64,000 nucleotides of DNA from Endomicrobium sp. (GTDB lineage Bacteria; Elusimicrobiota; Endomicrobiia; Endomicrobiales; Endomicrobiaceae), in assembly GCA_031263865.1 (NCBI GenBank), contig JAISEY010000003.1:61345-125344 (forward strand), written 5' to 3'. A model generated the notes under the pieces. The model had not been told where the DNA came from. It did no database searches and saw nothing but the letters and a program-made list of their open reading frames with translations. The first letter of the stretch is position 1, and every line of letters starts with the position of its first letter. Of this stretch, positions 1 to 13,452 are shown in pieces. Both the position numbers and the translations under genes were made by a program.

Positions 1-74
1 ATTCGAACCCTAGTTACCATTTCTAGTAAACAGTTTTTCCAAAACTGCACCTTAAACCTCTCGGTCATCTCTCC
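1..74 (-). tRNA. tRNA-Ser(GGA), 3' end cut by window edge
   Basis: Reverse complement reads GGAGAGATGACCGAGAGGTTTAAGGTG-CAGTT-TTGGAAA-AACTG, then a long variable arm and GGTTCGAAT. Confidence 0.93.
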
Positions 75-124
75 TTCAAAAAAGATATTGCACAATATCA
101 ATGTATAATTTTTTTATTAAAAAA

Positions 125-1549
125 TTAAAGATTTATTTGATTAAATTTAGGAACCAATATTTTCATTATACACCATGCCAATAAATACGCAGTAGCACAA
201 AAAGCAAACAATATAGTATATCCAATTTCAATGTTCCCTAATGAATTATAATAATCAAGTAGCCAACCACCAGTTTTTGATACAAGAACACCACTAATTC
301 CACCAGCCATTCCTCCAATACCAATAACTGAAGCAACAATTTTTTTTGGGAACATATCAGACACAGTAGTAAATAAATTTGCTGACCATGCTTGATGTGC
401 AGATGTCCCTATCCCTATTAAAAAGATAGGAATCCAATATGACCCAACTTTGCTCAATGGTTGTGTAAATAATACAACAAGAGGGAAAATAGCAATAACA
501 ATCATTGTTGTCATACGAGCAGAATACATGTCTTTCCCTTTATTAATAAAAAAGTTAGGTAACCAACCTCCAAAGACACTACCAAACATAGTCATCGTAT
601 ATACAATTGTAAGAGGCAACATTATTTGTGTACCTGTAATACCATAATATGATTTTAAAAAAGCAGGCAACCAAAATAAAAAGAACCACCAAACACCATC
701 TGTAAGAAATTTACCAACGATAAATGACCATGTTTGTCTATATTTTAATAAATAAAACCAACTAATTCTTGAACAACAATTCTTTCCATCTTTTTTGTTA
801 ATATCTTTTTCTGTAAATTGTTCTTCAATATCACTATTTATATAATCATATTCTAATTTATTAATTTTATTTTTTTCAAAAAGTTTCTTAGGACTATCAC
901 AATAATAACTCCAAAAAATTAACCACAGAAACCCAGACATTCCAACAATTACAAATGCAAGTTCCCAACCAAAATACTTTGATATTAATGGAACTGTAAG
1001 TGGTGCAATAACTGCTCCAATATTAGCACCTGAATTAAAAATACCAGTTGCAAAAGAACGTTCTTTTTTTGGGAACCATTCAGCAGTTGTTTTTATGGCA
1101 GCAGGGAAATTACCAGCTTCACCAACACCAAGAATAAAACGTGCAAAAATGAAACCTGCTACAGATATTGGTATTAAAATTCCAAAAATTGAAAAAATAG
1201 GAGAAATTATTGATCCAAAAAAAGTCGCAAAAGCATGTATTACAGCACCAATAGACCACAATATTAAAGCCCAAGAATACCCTCTTTTAATTCCAATTTT
1301 ATCTACAAATCTACCTGCAAAAAGAAGAGATATCGCATAACAAAATTGAAATACAGAAGTAATATTAGCATAATCACTATAACTCCAATTAAATTTTTCT
1401 GACAAGAAAGGCTGCAATAAACTTAATACTTGTCTGTCAACATAATTTATAGTTGTAGCAAAAAAAAGTAACGAACAAATAATCCATCTATAATTTGTCT
1501 TTTTTACATTAGAAAACTTAAAATTGTTTTTATTTTCTTCTATAACCAT
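125..1549 (-). CDS. exuT: MFS hexuronate transporter (ExuT-like)
   Basis: RWIICSLLFFATTINYVDRQ, GEAGNFPAAIK..AEWFPKKER.FATGIFNSG motifs; 12-TM pattern; lies in uronate cluster. Confidence 0.9.
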   Translation of the reverse strand: MVIEENKNNFKFSNVKKTNYRWIICSLLFFATTINYVDRQVLSLLQPFLSEKFNWSYSDYANITSVFQFCYAISLLFAGRFVDKIGIKRGYSWALILWSIGAVIHAFATFFGSIISPIFSIFGILIPISVAGFIFARFILGVGEAGNFPAAIKTTAEWFPKKERSFATGIFNSGANIGAVIAPLTVPLISKYFGWELAFVIVGMSGFLWLIFWSYYCDSPKKLFEKNKINKLEYDYINSDIEEQFTEKDINKKDGKNCCSRISWFYLLKYRQTWSFIVGKFLTDGVWWFFLFWLPAFLKSYYGITGTQIMLPLTIVYTMTMFGSVFGGWLPNFFINKGKDMYSARMTTMIVIAIFPLVVLFTQPLSKVGSYWIPIFLIGIGTSAHQAWSANLFTTVSDMFPKKIVASVIGIGGMAGGISGVLVSKTGGWLLDYYNSLGNIEIGYTILFAFCATAYLLAWCIMKILVPKFNQINL

Positions 1550-1586
1550 GTAATTCTACCTCATTTTATAAAATATTGCCAATATT

Positions 1587-2993
1587 TTATATTTTAAATT
1601 TAAAATAATTTACGGCATTATTATAAGAAATATCAGAAACTATTTTTGTAAGTATATTAATATCATATATATATTCACCATTTTCTACTAAAGTACCTAT
1701 AAAATTGCATAAAATACGTCTAAAATACTCATGTCTTGTATATGATACAAAACTACGAGAATCTGTAAGCATACCAACAAAATTACTTAAAACTCCAAGA
1801 TTTGCAAGAGATGTAATTTGATCAATCATACCTGTTTTATGATCATTAAACCACCACGCAGATCCTTGTTGAATTTTACTCAAAGAAAGATTATCTTGGA
1901 AACAACCTAATATAGATCCTATGATAGAATTATCATTTGGATTTAAACTATATAATATAGTTTTAGGAAGTTGCTTAGTAAATTCAAGTGCATTAAGAAA
2001 ATCAGTAACTTGTGAACTTGGTGTAAAATTATTTATACAATCATGACCGGTATTAGGCCCAAATTTATTAAATATGAACGTATTATTATTTCGTTTACAA
2101 CCATAATGTAATTCCATTACAAGATCATTTTTAAAATATTCTCTACCAGCAAAAATCATAAATGCTGTTTTATATTTTAACTCTTCATCTTTTGTTATAC
2201 TATTCCCATTTAATCTTTTACTAAATATTTTTTCTATTTCATTATCTGTATATTCAACATATGGAATATATTCAAAAGCATGATCTGTAGCACGACATCC
2301 CATATCAATAAAAAATTTAAGTCTTTTTTTAAAAGCTTCTTTAAGATTATCAAACGAAAAAATATTTATATTACTCACGTCAGAAAGTTTCTTAATATAA
2401 TCAACAAAATCAGTAGTTTCTATATTTAAAGCTCTATCTGGACGCCATGCAGGAACAACTTTTACATTAAATGATTTATCACTTGCAATAATTTTATGCC
2501 ATTCAAGATTATCAATAGGATCATCTGTAGTACATATAAGTTTAACATTCGATTTTTTTATAATCCCTTTAACAGACATTTCTTTTTCTTGTAATTTTTT
2601 ATTGCAAATATTCCATACATCTTTTGCTGTTTTACTATTTAAAACACCATCATATTCAAAATATCTTTTAAGTTCTAAATAACTCCAATGATATAAAGGA
2701 CTACCTATAGATATTTCAAGAGTTTCTGCCCATTTTTGAAATTTTTCATAATCAGAAGCATTCCCTGTAATATATTTTTCATCTATACCATTAGATCTCA
2801 TTTGACGCCATTTATAATGATCTCCACTTAGCCAAAGTTGTGTTATATTTTCAAACTGTTTATCTTGTGCTATTTCTTTTGGATCTATGTGACAATGATA
2901 ATCTAAAATTGGTTTTTTTGATGCACACTCATGAAAAAGTTTTTTTGCTGTATCATTTTGAAGTAAAAAGTCATCATTAAGAAAATTTTTCAT
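1587..2993 (-). CDS. uxaC: Glucuronate isomerase
   Basis: DYHCH, GDHYKWR.MR, WWFNDH, GMLTDSRSF.SY.RHEYFRR motifs. Confidence 0.97.
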   Translation of the reverse strand: MKNFLNDDFLLQNDTAKKLFHECASKKPILDYHCHIDPKEIAQDKQFENITQLWLSGDHYKWRQMRSNGIDEKYITGNASDYEKFQKWAETLEISIGSPLYHWSYLELKRYFEYDGVLNSKTAKDVWNICNKKLQEKEMSVKGIIKKSNVKLICTTDDPIDNLEWHKIIASDKSFNVKVVPAWRPDRALNIETTDFVDYIKKLSDVSNINIFSFDNLKEAFKKRLKFFIDMGCRATDHAFEYIPYVEYTDNEIEKIFSKRLNGNSITKDEELKYKTAFMIFAGREYFKNDLVMELHYGCKRNNNTFIFNKFGPNTGHDCINNFTPSSQVTDFLNALEFTKQLPKTILYSLNPNDNSIIGSILGCFQDNLSLSKIQQGSAWWFNDHKTGMIDQITSLANLGVLSNFVGMLTDSRSFVSYTRHEYFRRILCNFIGTLVENGEYIYDINILTKIVSDISYNNAVNYFKFKI

Positions 2994-3016
2994 TTTTATT
3001 TATGCCCCCTATTTTT

Positions 3017-3850
3017 TTAAACTCCAGAATAAGCTTGGAACCCTCCATCAACAGCTATAATGCTACCAGTAACAAATCCAGATGCATCATCATCACAAAG
3101 AAACAAAAGAGCTCCAAATAAATCACTTTCAATACCAAAACGTTTCATCGGTGTATTATTGAAAATTTTTCTAGACCTATCAGTAAGAGACCCATCTTTA
3201 TTTGTTAAAAGAGTCCTATTTTGATTTGTTAAAAAGAATCCAGGAGCAATTGAATTTACACGTACATTTTGTTCAGCAAAATGAACTGAAAGCCATTTTG
3301 TAAAATTATCAACTGCTGCTTTTGAAGCACTATAACCAACAACTTTTGTCATTGGAGAAAAAGCTGCCATACTAGAAAAATTTATTATTGTACTTTTAGC
3401 AGTTTTTACCATACGTTTAGCAAAAACTTGTGTTGTTAAAACTGTTCCAAGAAAATTTACTGAAAGAACATTTTTTATTTCATTTAAATCTAAATCAAAA
3501 AAGGAACAAATATTAGGATCATCTAAATCATCAAAACTAAATTTTTCATTTGTAGTGTTTGCTTTTGGCATGTTACCACCAGCACCATTTATAAGGATAC
3601 TATATTCACCAAAATCATCATATATTTCTTTTTCTATTTCAATAAGTTTGTTCTTATCTAATACATCACAACCATAAGCTTTTGCAACATTCCCTTCAGA
3701 AATAATGGAATCGGCAGTTTTTTTAGCATGATCAAAATTTTTACTCAAACACGCAACTTTGACACCTTTTGATGCCAATTTTTTTGAAAAAGCACTAAGC
3801 AAAACACCACCAGCTCCAGTTATAATCGCTACTTTTTCATTCCATTCCAT
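3017..3850 (-). CDS. uxuB: SDR-family D-mannonate (fructuronate) oxidoreductase
   Basis: TGAGGVL, NGAGGN, YSASK, RVNSIAPGFF, DGGF.AYSGV; start set at ATG 3850 after GGGGA RBS. Confidence 0.85.
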   Translation of the reverse strand: MEWNEKVAIITGAGGVLLSAFSKKLASKGVKVACLSKNFDHAKKTADSIISEGNVAKAYGCDVLDKNKLIEIEKEIYDDFGEYSILINGAGGNMPKANTTNEKFSFDDLDDPNICSFFDLDLNEIKNVLSVNFLGTVLTTQVFAKRMVKTAKSTIINFSSMAAFSPMTKVVGYSASKAAVDNFTKWLSVHFAEQNVRVNSIAPGFFLTNQNRTLLTNKDGSLTDRSRKIFNNTPMKRFGIESDLFGALLFLCDDDASGFVTGSIIAVDGGFQAYSGV

Positions 3851-3907
3851 AAAATTTTCCCCCATTTTAACCAATTATTATACAAAAAAATATAGTAAAA
3901 ATAATTT

Positions 3908-4933
3908 TTATCTTTGAACTCTACCAGAAGCATCTCCTTTTACAAGTTTTTTTACTTCATCGACAGAAATCAAATTATAATCTCCTTCAATCGTGTGTTT
4001 TAAGCAACTTGCAGCAACTGCAAATTCAATAGCATCTTTAGAAGAATAGTTATTTATCAAAGAATATATTAAACCAGAAGCAAACGAATCTCCTCCACCA
4101 ACTCTATCAACAATATGAATTAAATATTCTTTGCTTTGGAAAAAATCATTCCCATCATAAAGCATAGCTGCCCAACGATTGTCATTTGCAGAAATTGATG
4201 ATCTCAATGTTATTGCAACTTTAGAAAAATTGAACATTTTTTTTAATTCATATGCCACATCTTTATAACTTTCATGATCAACTTTTCCACGAGAAATATC
4301 AGTGTGTTTTGCATTTATACAAAAAACATCGCTTGCATCTTCTTCATTAGCTATACATACATCAACATATTTGCAAATATCACCCATAATTTTACCAGCT
4401 TTTTCTTTGCTCCATAGTTTATTTCTATAATTTAAATCACAACTAACAGTTATTTTTTTCTTTTTTGCAATTTTACAAGCATCAATGCATATTTGTGCAA
4501 CATTATCGCCAAGTGCAGGTGTAATTCCTGTAAAATGAAACCATGAAACATTATCAAAAATCTTTTCCCAATCAAATTCTTCTTTTGAAGATGTTGATAT
4601 TGATGAGTGATTTCTATCATAAATAACTTTAGAAGCTCTTTGACTAGCTCCTTTTTCTAAAAAATATATACCAACACGATCTCCCCCACGAACAACAAAA
4701 GATGTATCTACCCCATATTTTCTTAAAAAATTTATGCCAGCTTGGCCTATTTCGTTTTTTGGCATCTTACTTACAAATATAGAATTAAGTCCAAAATTTC
4801 TTAAAGAAACAGCAACGTTTGACTCTCCACCTCCATATGTAACGTTATAATTATTTGCCTGTACAAAACGAAGATATCCATCAGGAGCAAGACGAAGCAT
4901 TAACTCCCCAAATGTTACTATTTTTTTTAACAC
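3908..4933 (-). CDS. kdgK: 2-dehydro-3-deoxygluconokinase (PfkB family)
   Basis: FGELMLRL, GGGESNVA, DRVGGGDSF; GTG start with AGGAGG RBS. Confidence 0.93.
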   Translation of the reverse strand: MLKKIVTFGELMLRLAPDGYLRFVQANNYNVTYGGGESNVAVSLRNFGLNSIFVSKMPKNEIGQAGINFLRKYGVDTSFVVRGGDRVGIYFLEKGASQRASKVIYDRNHSSISTSSKEEFDWEKIFDNVSWFHFTGITPALGDNVAQICIDACKIAKKKKITVSCDLNYRNKLWSKEKAGKIMGDICKYVDVCIANEEDASDVFCINAKHTDISRGKVDHESYKDVAYELKKMFNFSKVAITLRSSISANDNRWAAMLYDGNDFFQSKEYLIHIVDRVGGGDSFASGLIYSLINNYSSKDAIEFAVAASCLKHTIEGDYNLISVDEVKKLVKGDASGRVQR

Positions 4934-4956
4934 AATTTCCTCCTAAACAGTAAAAA

Positions 4957-5925
4957 TTAATTTTGTTTTTTTATTAAATGTACTGCAAAACAACCAATTT
5001 CTTCTTTTAAATAAATAGTAGACAAATTTCCTAATTTATCATATGATTCTGTATTTTTATCAAATAAAATACCTTTTTTTTCTAAATAATATACAGCTCT
5101 TAAAACATTGGTTGTTGATATAGCAATATGGCCACATTTCCCAAGAAATTTATTTTTCATTATTTCTAAACTATTGCCAGCAAAAAAAGATTTTGATTTT
5201 TCTATTTTTTCAAATAAAAACAACTCTCTAAAATTATCAGTTATTTTGTTTGCTATATCAATATCAACAGAATTAATACCTATATGACTAACTTCAAATC
5301 CAAACATAACACGTAAAGCTTCCTTACTTAATTTTACAATTTCATCATATTTTTTATTTTTAATAAGTTCACTATTTGCAATCCATGTACCACCACACGC
5401 TACAATTTTATCAAATAAAAAATATGAATTTAAATTCTTTAAATTTATACCTCCAGTTGGTAAAAATTTAACTCCAGAATAAGCTGCAGATATAGCTTTT
5501 ATCATATTAATTCCACCTAACGATTCAGACGGAAAAAATTTAACAGTGTTTAAACCAAATTCAATTGCAGTTTCAATATCACTTGGTGTTGAACATCCAG
5601 GTATAATCAATATACCTTTTTTAATACAATATTCTATGATTTTTTTATTAATACCTGGTGTAACAAGAAATTTTGCACCAGCATCAATAGCTTTATTAAC
5701 TTGGTCAATAGATAAAACAGTGCCAGCTCCAATAAGTATTTTTGTATTTTTTTTTGAAATAGAATTAATTGATTCTTCAGCTGCTAATGTTCTAAATGTA
5801 ACTTCAATACAATTTATACCACCAGAAACTAATGCATCAGCTGTAGGTAATGCTTCAGATACATCATTAAGAGCAACAACGGGTACAATCCCAGTTTTGA
5901 AAATATCAAGTAAAATATCATTCAT
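4957..5925 (-). CDS. eda: KDPG/KHG aldolase with about 110-aa C-terminal extension
   Basis: EVTFRT, GAGTV, KFFP, PTGGI; start MNDILL at 5925 after GGAGG. Confidence 0.92.
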   Translation of the reverse strand: MNDILLDIFKTGIVPVVALNDVSEALPTADALVSGGINCIEVTFRTLAAEESINSISKKNTKILIGAGTVLSIDQVNKAIDAGAKFLVTPGINKKIIEYCIKKGILIIPGCSTPSDIETAIEFGLNTVKFFPSESLGGINMIKAISAAYSGVKFLPTGGINLKNLNSYFLFDKIVACGGTWIANSELIKNKKYDEIVKLSKEALRVMFGFEVSHIGINSVDIDIANKITDNFRELFLFEKIEKSKSFFAGNSLEIMKNKFLGKCGHIAISTTNVLRAVYYLEKKGILFDKNTESYDKLGNLSTIYLKEEIGCFAVHLIKKQN

Positions 5926-5970
5926 ATACTTCCTCCAAATATAATTAATATTTATAATTACAAACACAGA

Positions 5971-7047
5971 TTAAGTTTTTATTCTACACATCGTATCAAA
6001 AATTCCTAGTATATACATAATACCAAGAGCTCTATCATAAAGTCCATACCCAGGTCGTAATCCAATTCTTTTTTCTTCATTCCAAATATGTCTACCATGA
6101 TCAGGCCTAATATAATATTTAAAATCAATATCATAAAATGTACGAACAATATCAACAATATCTAATGATCCATCACAACTTCTATGTGAGCTTTCTATAA
6201 AATCACCATTGTCAAAACGTTTTATATTTCTAATATGCGCAAAAAAAATTCTATCTTTAAATGTTTTTATAATATCGATTATATCGTTTTTCTCAGATGA
6301 ACCAAGAGACCCAGTACATAAAGTAAGACCATTGCAACAACTATTAACCAAATTCAAATATTTCATAATATTTTTTTTTGAAGTTATAAGTCTAGGTAAA
6401 CCAAAGATACTCCAAGGTGGATCATCAGGATGTATTGCCATTTTTATATTTACTTCTTCACAAACTGGAATAATTTCGTTCAAAAAATATTTAGCATTTT
6501 CAAAAAGATCATCAATAGTAAATCCATCATATTGTTCAAATAATTTTTTTATTTTTGATAATTTCTCTTGTTCCCATCCTGGCATCGACAATAACCCTTT
6601 TTGTTTTAATATATTATTAAGAAATTCAAAAGGATTTATATTCTCTATTTTTGATTTTTCATAAAATAATGCCGTTGATTTATCTGGAAGAGGTTTGTAT
6701 AAATCTGTTCTTGTCCAATCAAAAATTGGCATGAAGTTATAACAAATAACTTTTACACCAACTCTAGAAAGATTTTTAATTGTTTTTTTATAATTTTCTA
6801 TATATTTTTTTCTTGATTGTAATCCAAGTTTTATATCTTCATGTATATTAACACTTTCAACAACTTCATTATTAAATCCAAATTTTAAAAGATAATTTTT
6901 TACATTAATAATTTCGTCAACATCCCAACAATCACCAACTGGTGTATTATGAAGAGCCCATACTATCCCAGTAACACCCGGTATTTGTTTTACAAAATCA
7001 AGAGGAATTGTATCCGTTTTACCATACCATCTAAAAGAAATTTTAAT
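5971..7047 (-). CDS. uxuA: Mannonate dehydratase, full length 358 aa, ATT start
   Basis: Frame is open 105 codons upstream of the listed ORF: IKISFRWYG..QIPGVTGIVWALH..VESVNIHEDIKLG..CYNFMPIFDWTRT; HPDDPP, RPDHG; AGGAGG RBS. Confidence 0.95.
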   Translation of the reverse strand: MKISFRWYGKTDTIPLDFVKQIPGVTGIVWALHNTPVGDCWDVDEIINVKNYLLKFGFNNEVVESVNIHEDIKLGLQSRKKYIENYKKTIKNLSRVGVKVICYNFMPIFDWTRTDLYKPLPDKSTALFYEKSKIENINPFEFLNNILKQKGLLSMPGWEQEKLSKIKKLFEQYDGFTIDDLFENAKYFLNEIIPVCEEVNIKMAIHPDDPPWSIFGLPRLITSKKNIMKYLNLVNSCCNGLTLCTGSLGSSEKNDIIDIIKTFKDRIFFAHIRNIKRFDNGDFIESSHRSCDGSLDIVDIVRTFYDIDFKYYIRPDHGRHIWNEEKRIGLRPGYGLYDRALGIMYILGIFDTMCRIKT

Positions 7048-7086
7048 AAATACCTCCTAATATTTATAAAAAATAAAAAATTATAA

Positions 7087-9558
7087 TCACTCTTTATCTA
7101 TCAAAATACAAGCAATTGAAGATACTTTATCGCCAACATCAAGTTTAACAAGCTTAACTCCTTGTGTATTTCTTCCTATTATAGGTATGTTTTTAGATTT
7201 GATTCTTATAGTAATCCCATTTTTTGTCATTATCATTATTTCTTTATCTTCATTTGCTTCTTTTATACCAACAATATCTCCATTTCTAGCAGTTGTTTGC
7301 ATGTTAATAACGCCACGTCCAGCTCGTTTTTGTAAGCGATATTTGCCAACAAATGTTCTCTTTCCATACCCATTTTCAGAAACAGATACGAAAATATCAT
7401 CAAACAAAAAAACTTCTATACCAATAACTTCATCATTTTTACTAAGAATAATACCCTTAACTCCTTTTGCATTTCTACCTATTTTCCTAATATCTTTCTC
7501 ATTAAATCTTATTGCAATTCCTCTTTTTGTTGCTATGATAATTTCATAAGAAATTTTTACAATTTTAACACCAATCAAAGAATCTTCATTGTTTAATTTT
7601 ATCGCTATTATACCACATTTTCTAACATTAATAAAATCAACAACAGGAACTTTTTTAATAATACCTTTTTTTGTACACATTAAAAAACATTCATCTTTAT
7701 TGTTAAAATCATTTATAGCAATAAACGAAGTAATTTTTTCTTTATTGTTTTGCAATTTCAAAAGATTAATAATAGGCTTACCTCTAGATATTCTAGATCC
7801 TTCAGGTATTTCATAAACACGAATTTTATAAACTTTACCAAAATTTGTAAAAAACATTATATACGCATGCGAATTTGTAATAAACAAATCTTCAACAAAG
7901 TCCTCTTCTTTAGTACTCATAGCAGTTATACCACGACCACCTCTATTTTGTGATTTATATGTATCAAGTGGTATTCGTTTTACATATCCAACATTAGACA
8001 TTGTTACAACAACTTTTTCATTTTGTATTAGATCTTCAATATTAAAATCACTAACAGATGTTTGAATTTCTGTTTTTCTTTTATCTCCATATTCTTTTTT
8101 AATATAAGTAATTTCATGTTTTATATTTTCAAGAACTTTAATAGGATTAGATAATATTAAACGAAATTCATTAATTTTTTCCACTGTGTTAATATATTCG
8201 TTTTCTATTTCAGAAACATTCAATTTTGTAAGTTGACGTATCTTTGTATCTAAAATTGAATCTGTTTGTATCTTTGATAATCCAAAGTTTGAAATAATAG
8301 AAATACGAGCAGAATTATCATCATTAGCTTTTTTTATAATTTCTATAATAGATTCAATATTACTTATTGCTATTTTCAAACCATCTAAAATATGAACTCT
8401 ACTTTCATATTTATGTAAATCAAATTTTGTTCTTTTTATTATAATTGTTTTTCTATATTCAACATAATGAGACAAAATTTCTTTTATATCCATTATTTTT
8501 GGCATATTATCAACTATAGCGAGCATTATAACACCAAATGAAACCTGCATTTGTGTATGTTTATATAATTGATTTAAAACTATTTGTACATTTGATTCAT
8601 TTTTTACTGTAATTAATATTCTTATTCCATCTCTATCAGATTCATCACGCAAATCTGAAATTCCATCAATTTTTTTATTTTTTATTAAATCAATTATTGA
8701 ATTTATAAGAGAAGATTTATTTACTTGATATGGTATTTCATTTATTATTATATGTTTGTTGTTTTTTGTTTCATTTACTATTACTTTTGCTCTAATTTTT
8801 ACAGTGCCCCTTCCACTTTCCATATAATTTCTTATACCTTCTTCACCTAAAATAATAGCTCCTGTAGGGAAATCAGGGCCTTTAATAATTTTTCTTAAAT
8901 CAAAAATAGAAATATTAGGATTATCAATCAATCTTATCAACGCATCACATATTTCACATATGTTATGCGAAGGAATATTTGTTGCCATACCAACAGCAAT
9001 TCCAGATGAACCATTTATAAGAAGATTTGGTAATTTTGTCGGAAGAACACTTGGTTCTTTTAATGATCCATCATAATTTTGTACAAAATTTACTGTATTT
9101 TTTTCTAAATCAACAAGCATTTCTCCTGCAATTTGTTCCATTTTAACTTCTGTATAACGCATTGCAGCAGCAGAATCTCCATCTATACTACCAAAATTTC
9201 CCTGCCCATTTACCATTGGATATCTTAAAGAAAAATTTTGTACCATTCTTACCATAGCGTTATAAACAGCAGAATCACCATGTGGATGATATTTACCAAG
9301 AACATCTCCAACAATTCTTGCTGATTTTTTATATGCACCATTATGTTTCAACCCCATTTCTTTCATAGCATATAAAATCCTTCTATGGACTGGTTTTAAT
9401 CCATCTCTAACATCTGGCAATGCTCTACCAATAATTACACTCATTGCATAATTAATATATGAAAAACGCATTTCGTCTTCAATATTTCTAAAAAATATAT
9501 TTAAGTTACTATTATCAATTAAATTATTTTTTTCATAATTTTTTTTATTTTTAATCAT
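7087..9558 (-). CDS. gyrA: DNA gyrase subunit A
   Basis: [29 protein letters not shown], GyrA-box QNRGGRG. Confidence 0.98.
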   Translation of the reverse strand: MIKNKKNYEKNNLIDNSNLNIFFRNIEDEMRFSYINYAMSVIIGRALPDVRDGLKPVHRRILYAMKEMGLKHNGAYKKSARIVGDVLGKYHPHGDSAVYNAMVRMVQNFSLRYPMVNGQGNFGSIDGDSAAAMRYTEVKMEQIAGEMLVDLEKNTVNFVQNYDGSLKEPSVLPTKLPNLLINGSSGIAVGMATNIPSHNICEICDALIRLIDNPNISIFDLRKIIKGPDFPTGAIILGEEGIRNYMESGRGTVKIRAKVIVNETKNNKHIIINEIPYQVNKSSLINSIIDLIKNKKIDGISDLRDESDRDGIRILITVKNESNVQIVLNQLYKHTQMQVSFGVIMLAIVDNMPKIMDIKEILSHYVEYRKTIIIKRTKFDLHKYESRVHILDGLKIAISNIESIIEIIKKANDDNSARISIISNFGLSKIQTDSILDTKIRQLTKLNVSEIENEYINTVEKINEFRLILSNPIKVLENIKHEITYIKKEYGDKRKTEIQTSVSDFNIEDLIQNEKVVVTMSNVGYVKRIPLDTYKSQNRGGRGITAMSTKEEDFVEDLFITNSHAYIMFFTNFGKVYKIRVYEIPEGSRISRGKPIINLLKLQNNKEKITSFIAINDFNNKDECFLMCTKKGIIKKVPVVDFINVRKCGIIAIKLNNEDSLIGVKIVKISYEIIIATKRGIAIRFNEKDIRKIGRNAKGVKGIILSKNDEVIGIEVFLFDDIFVSVSENGYGKRTFVGKYRLQKRAGRGVINMQTTARNGDIVGIKEANEDKEIMIMTKNGITIRIKSKNIPIIGRNTQGVKLVKLDVGDKVSSIACILIDKE

Positions 9559-9593
9559 TAAAAAACTCCAATGATAAACAATGCTTTTATATA

Positions 9594-12026
<2,433 letters not shown>

Positions 12027-12299
12027 CTATTTTATATATACATATATATCTTTTATCAAATTCGTTCCAATATATTGATTTAATTTATTTATTATTGATT
12101 TTTTACAAAAAACAAATTCGCATTTTATAACAGAACTATTAGTTTTTGCAAAAATAATACCATTTTTATAACCACAAATATCAATATTATAACAACAAGT
12201 CTCTTTTTCCCATACATTCATAATAACAAAAAATGTATCATTTAATCCATATTTTTTTTTTAAAAAAATCATTATTTCATTAGAAGAAACAAATCCCAT
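12027..12299 (-). CDS. DciA/DUF721-like protein
   Basis: 90 aa between dnaN and gyrB; W..., K..II.KLN..IG...IKDI pattern. Confidence 0.7.
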   Translation of the reverse strand: MGFVSSNEIMIFLKKKYGLNDTFFVIMNVWEKETCCYNIDICGYKNGIIFAKTNSSVIKCEFVFCKKSIINKLNQYIGTNLIKDIYVYIK

Positions 12300-12300
12300 T

Positions 12301-13440
12301 TTATGCTCTCATAGGCATTATAACACAAAAAAAATCTTTGTTGTATATACCATCTTTGTGTTTTTCAGTAATAACAACAGGATCAATTGAATCGTTAAAT
12401 TCAAAAACAGTAAAATTTGTATCAATATTTTGTAATGCATCTTTAATAAAAACAGGATTAAAATTAAAACTAATAGGTTCTCCACAATAATCAGAATTAA
12501 TTGTTACATCTCCAAAACCAACACCAACGGTTGAAGCTGATATTTTCAATATATTTTTATCAAAACTAAATTTTATTGATGAAGTTCTATCTAATGCAAG
12601 TTTATCTATTGCTATAGTAGACATCTGTTTAACAGCTGTAATTGTTTCTTTTACATCTAAAACAACTGATGTTTTATGTGTTTTTGGAATAACTTGATCA
12701 TAATTTGGAAAAACACCATCTATTAATGTTGAAACAAAAATTATATCATTAATTTTTATAGAAATTTGATTTTTTGTTACTCCTATTTTTATTTCTTCAC
12801 AACAAGATATATCATATATCAAAAGTCTTAAAATATCCTGAGCTGATTTTACAGGAACAACTAATTTACAATTTAAATTCGAATATATTTTATTCGTAAC
12901 AATATATGACAATCTTTTTCCATCTGTTGCTATCATTTTGAATACATTATTATTAATATCAAAACAAATTCCATTTAATATATATCTTTGAGAATCTTTT
13001 GATGCAGCAAAAATTGTTTTTTTTAACATTTGTATAAAAAGTTCTTTTTTTATATTAAAGTTGTTTTCAATTGGGAATTGTGGAATTATTGGATACTCAT
13101 CTTTAGAAATTCCAATAATATTAAAAACAGATGTTTTTGATTTAATTATTATTTTGTTTGTTTCTTCTGTTAAAATTTCTATAATATTATCATGTTGTAA
13201 TTCTTTAACAATATCTGTAAATTTTTTTGCTGGTATTGTTATACTTCCATTATCAATAATATCTCCATTTATATAACATTGTATAGCAATTTCTAAATCA
13301 GTAGCTGAAATTTTTAATTTTTCTTTATTAGTTTCAAGTAAAAAGTTTAACAGTACTGGTAATGTACTTTTTAATGATATTGCTGATGATATAATTTGCA
13401 TTCCTTTTATTAATTCATCTTTATTACAAACAATTTTCAT
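12301..13440 (-). CDS. dnaN: DNA polymerase III beta sliding clamp
   Basis: ATDLE, ATDGKRL, LIDG.FPNY..VIP, C-terminal VIMPMR; ATG 13440 after GGAGG. Confidence 0.97.
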   Translation of the reverse strand: MKIVCNKDELIKGMQIISSAISLKSTLPVLLNFLLETNKEKLKISATDLEIAIQCYINGDIIDNGSITIPAKKFTDIVKELQHDNIIEILTEETNKIIIKSKTSVFNIIGISKDEYPIIPQFPIENNFNIKKELFIQMLKKTIFAASKDSQRYILNGICFDINNNVFKMIATDGKRLSYIVTNKIYSNLNCKLVVPVKSAQDILRLLIYDISCCEEIKIGVTKNQISIKINDIIFVSTLIDGVFPNYDQVIPKTHKTSVVLDVKETITAVKQMSTIAIDKLALDRTSSIKFSFDKNILKISASTVGVGFGDVTINSDYCGEPISFNFNPVFIKDALQNIDTNFTVFEFNDSIDPVVITEKHKDGIYNKDFFCVIMPMRA

Positions 13441-13452
13441 TTTATCCTCCAA

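Noticed and set aside
5971-6732. uxuA as an N-terminally truncated pseudogene (253-aa ORF)
   Set aside because: The frame is open and conserved up to 7047 with a perfect SD.
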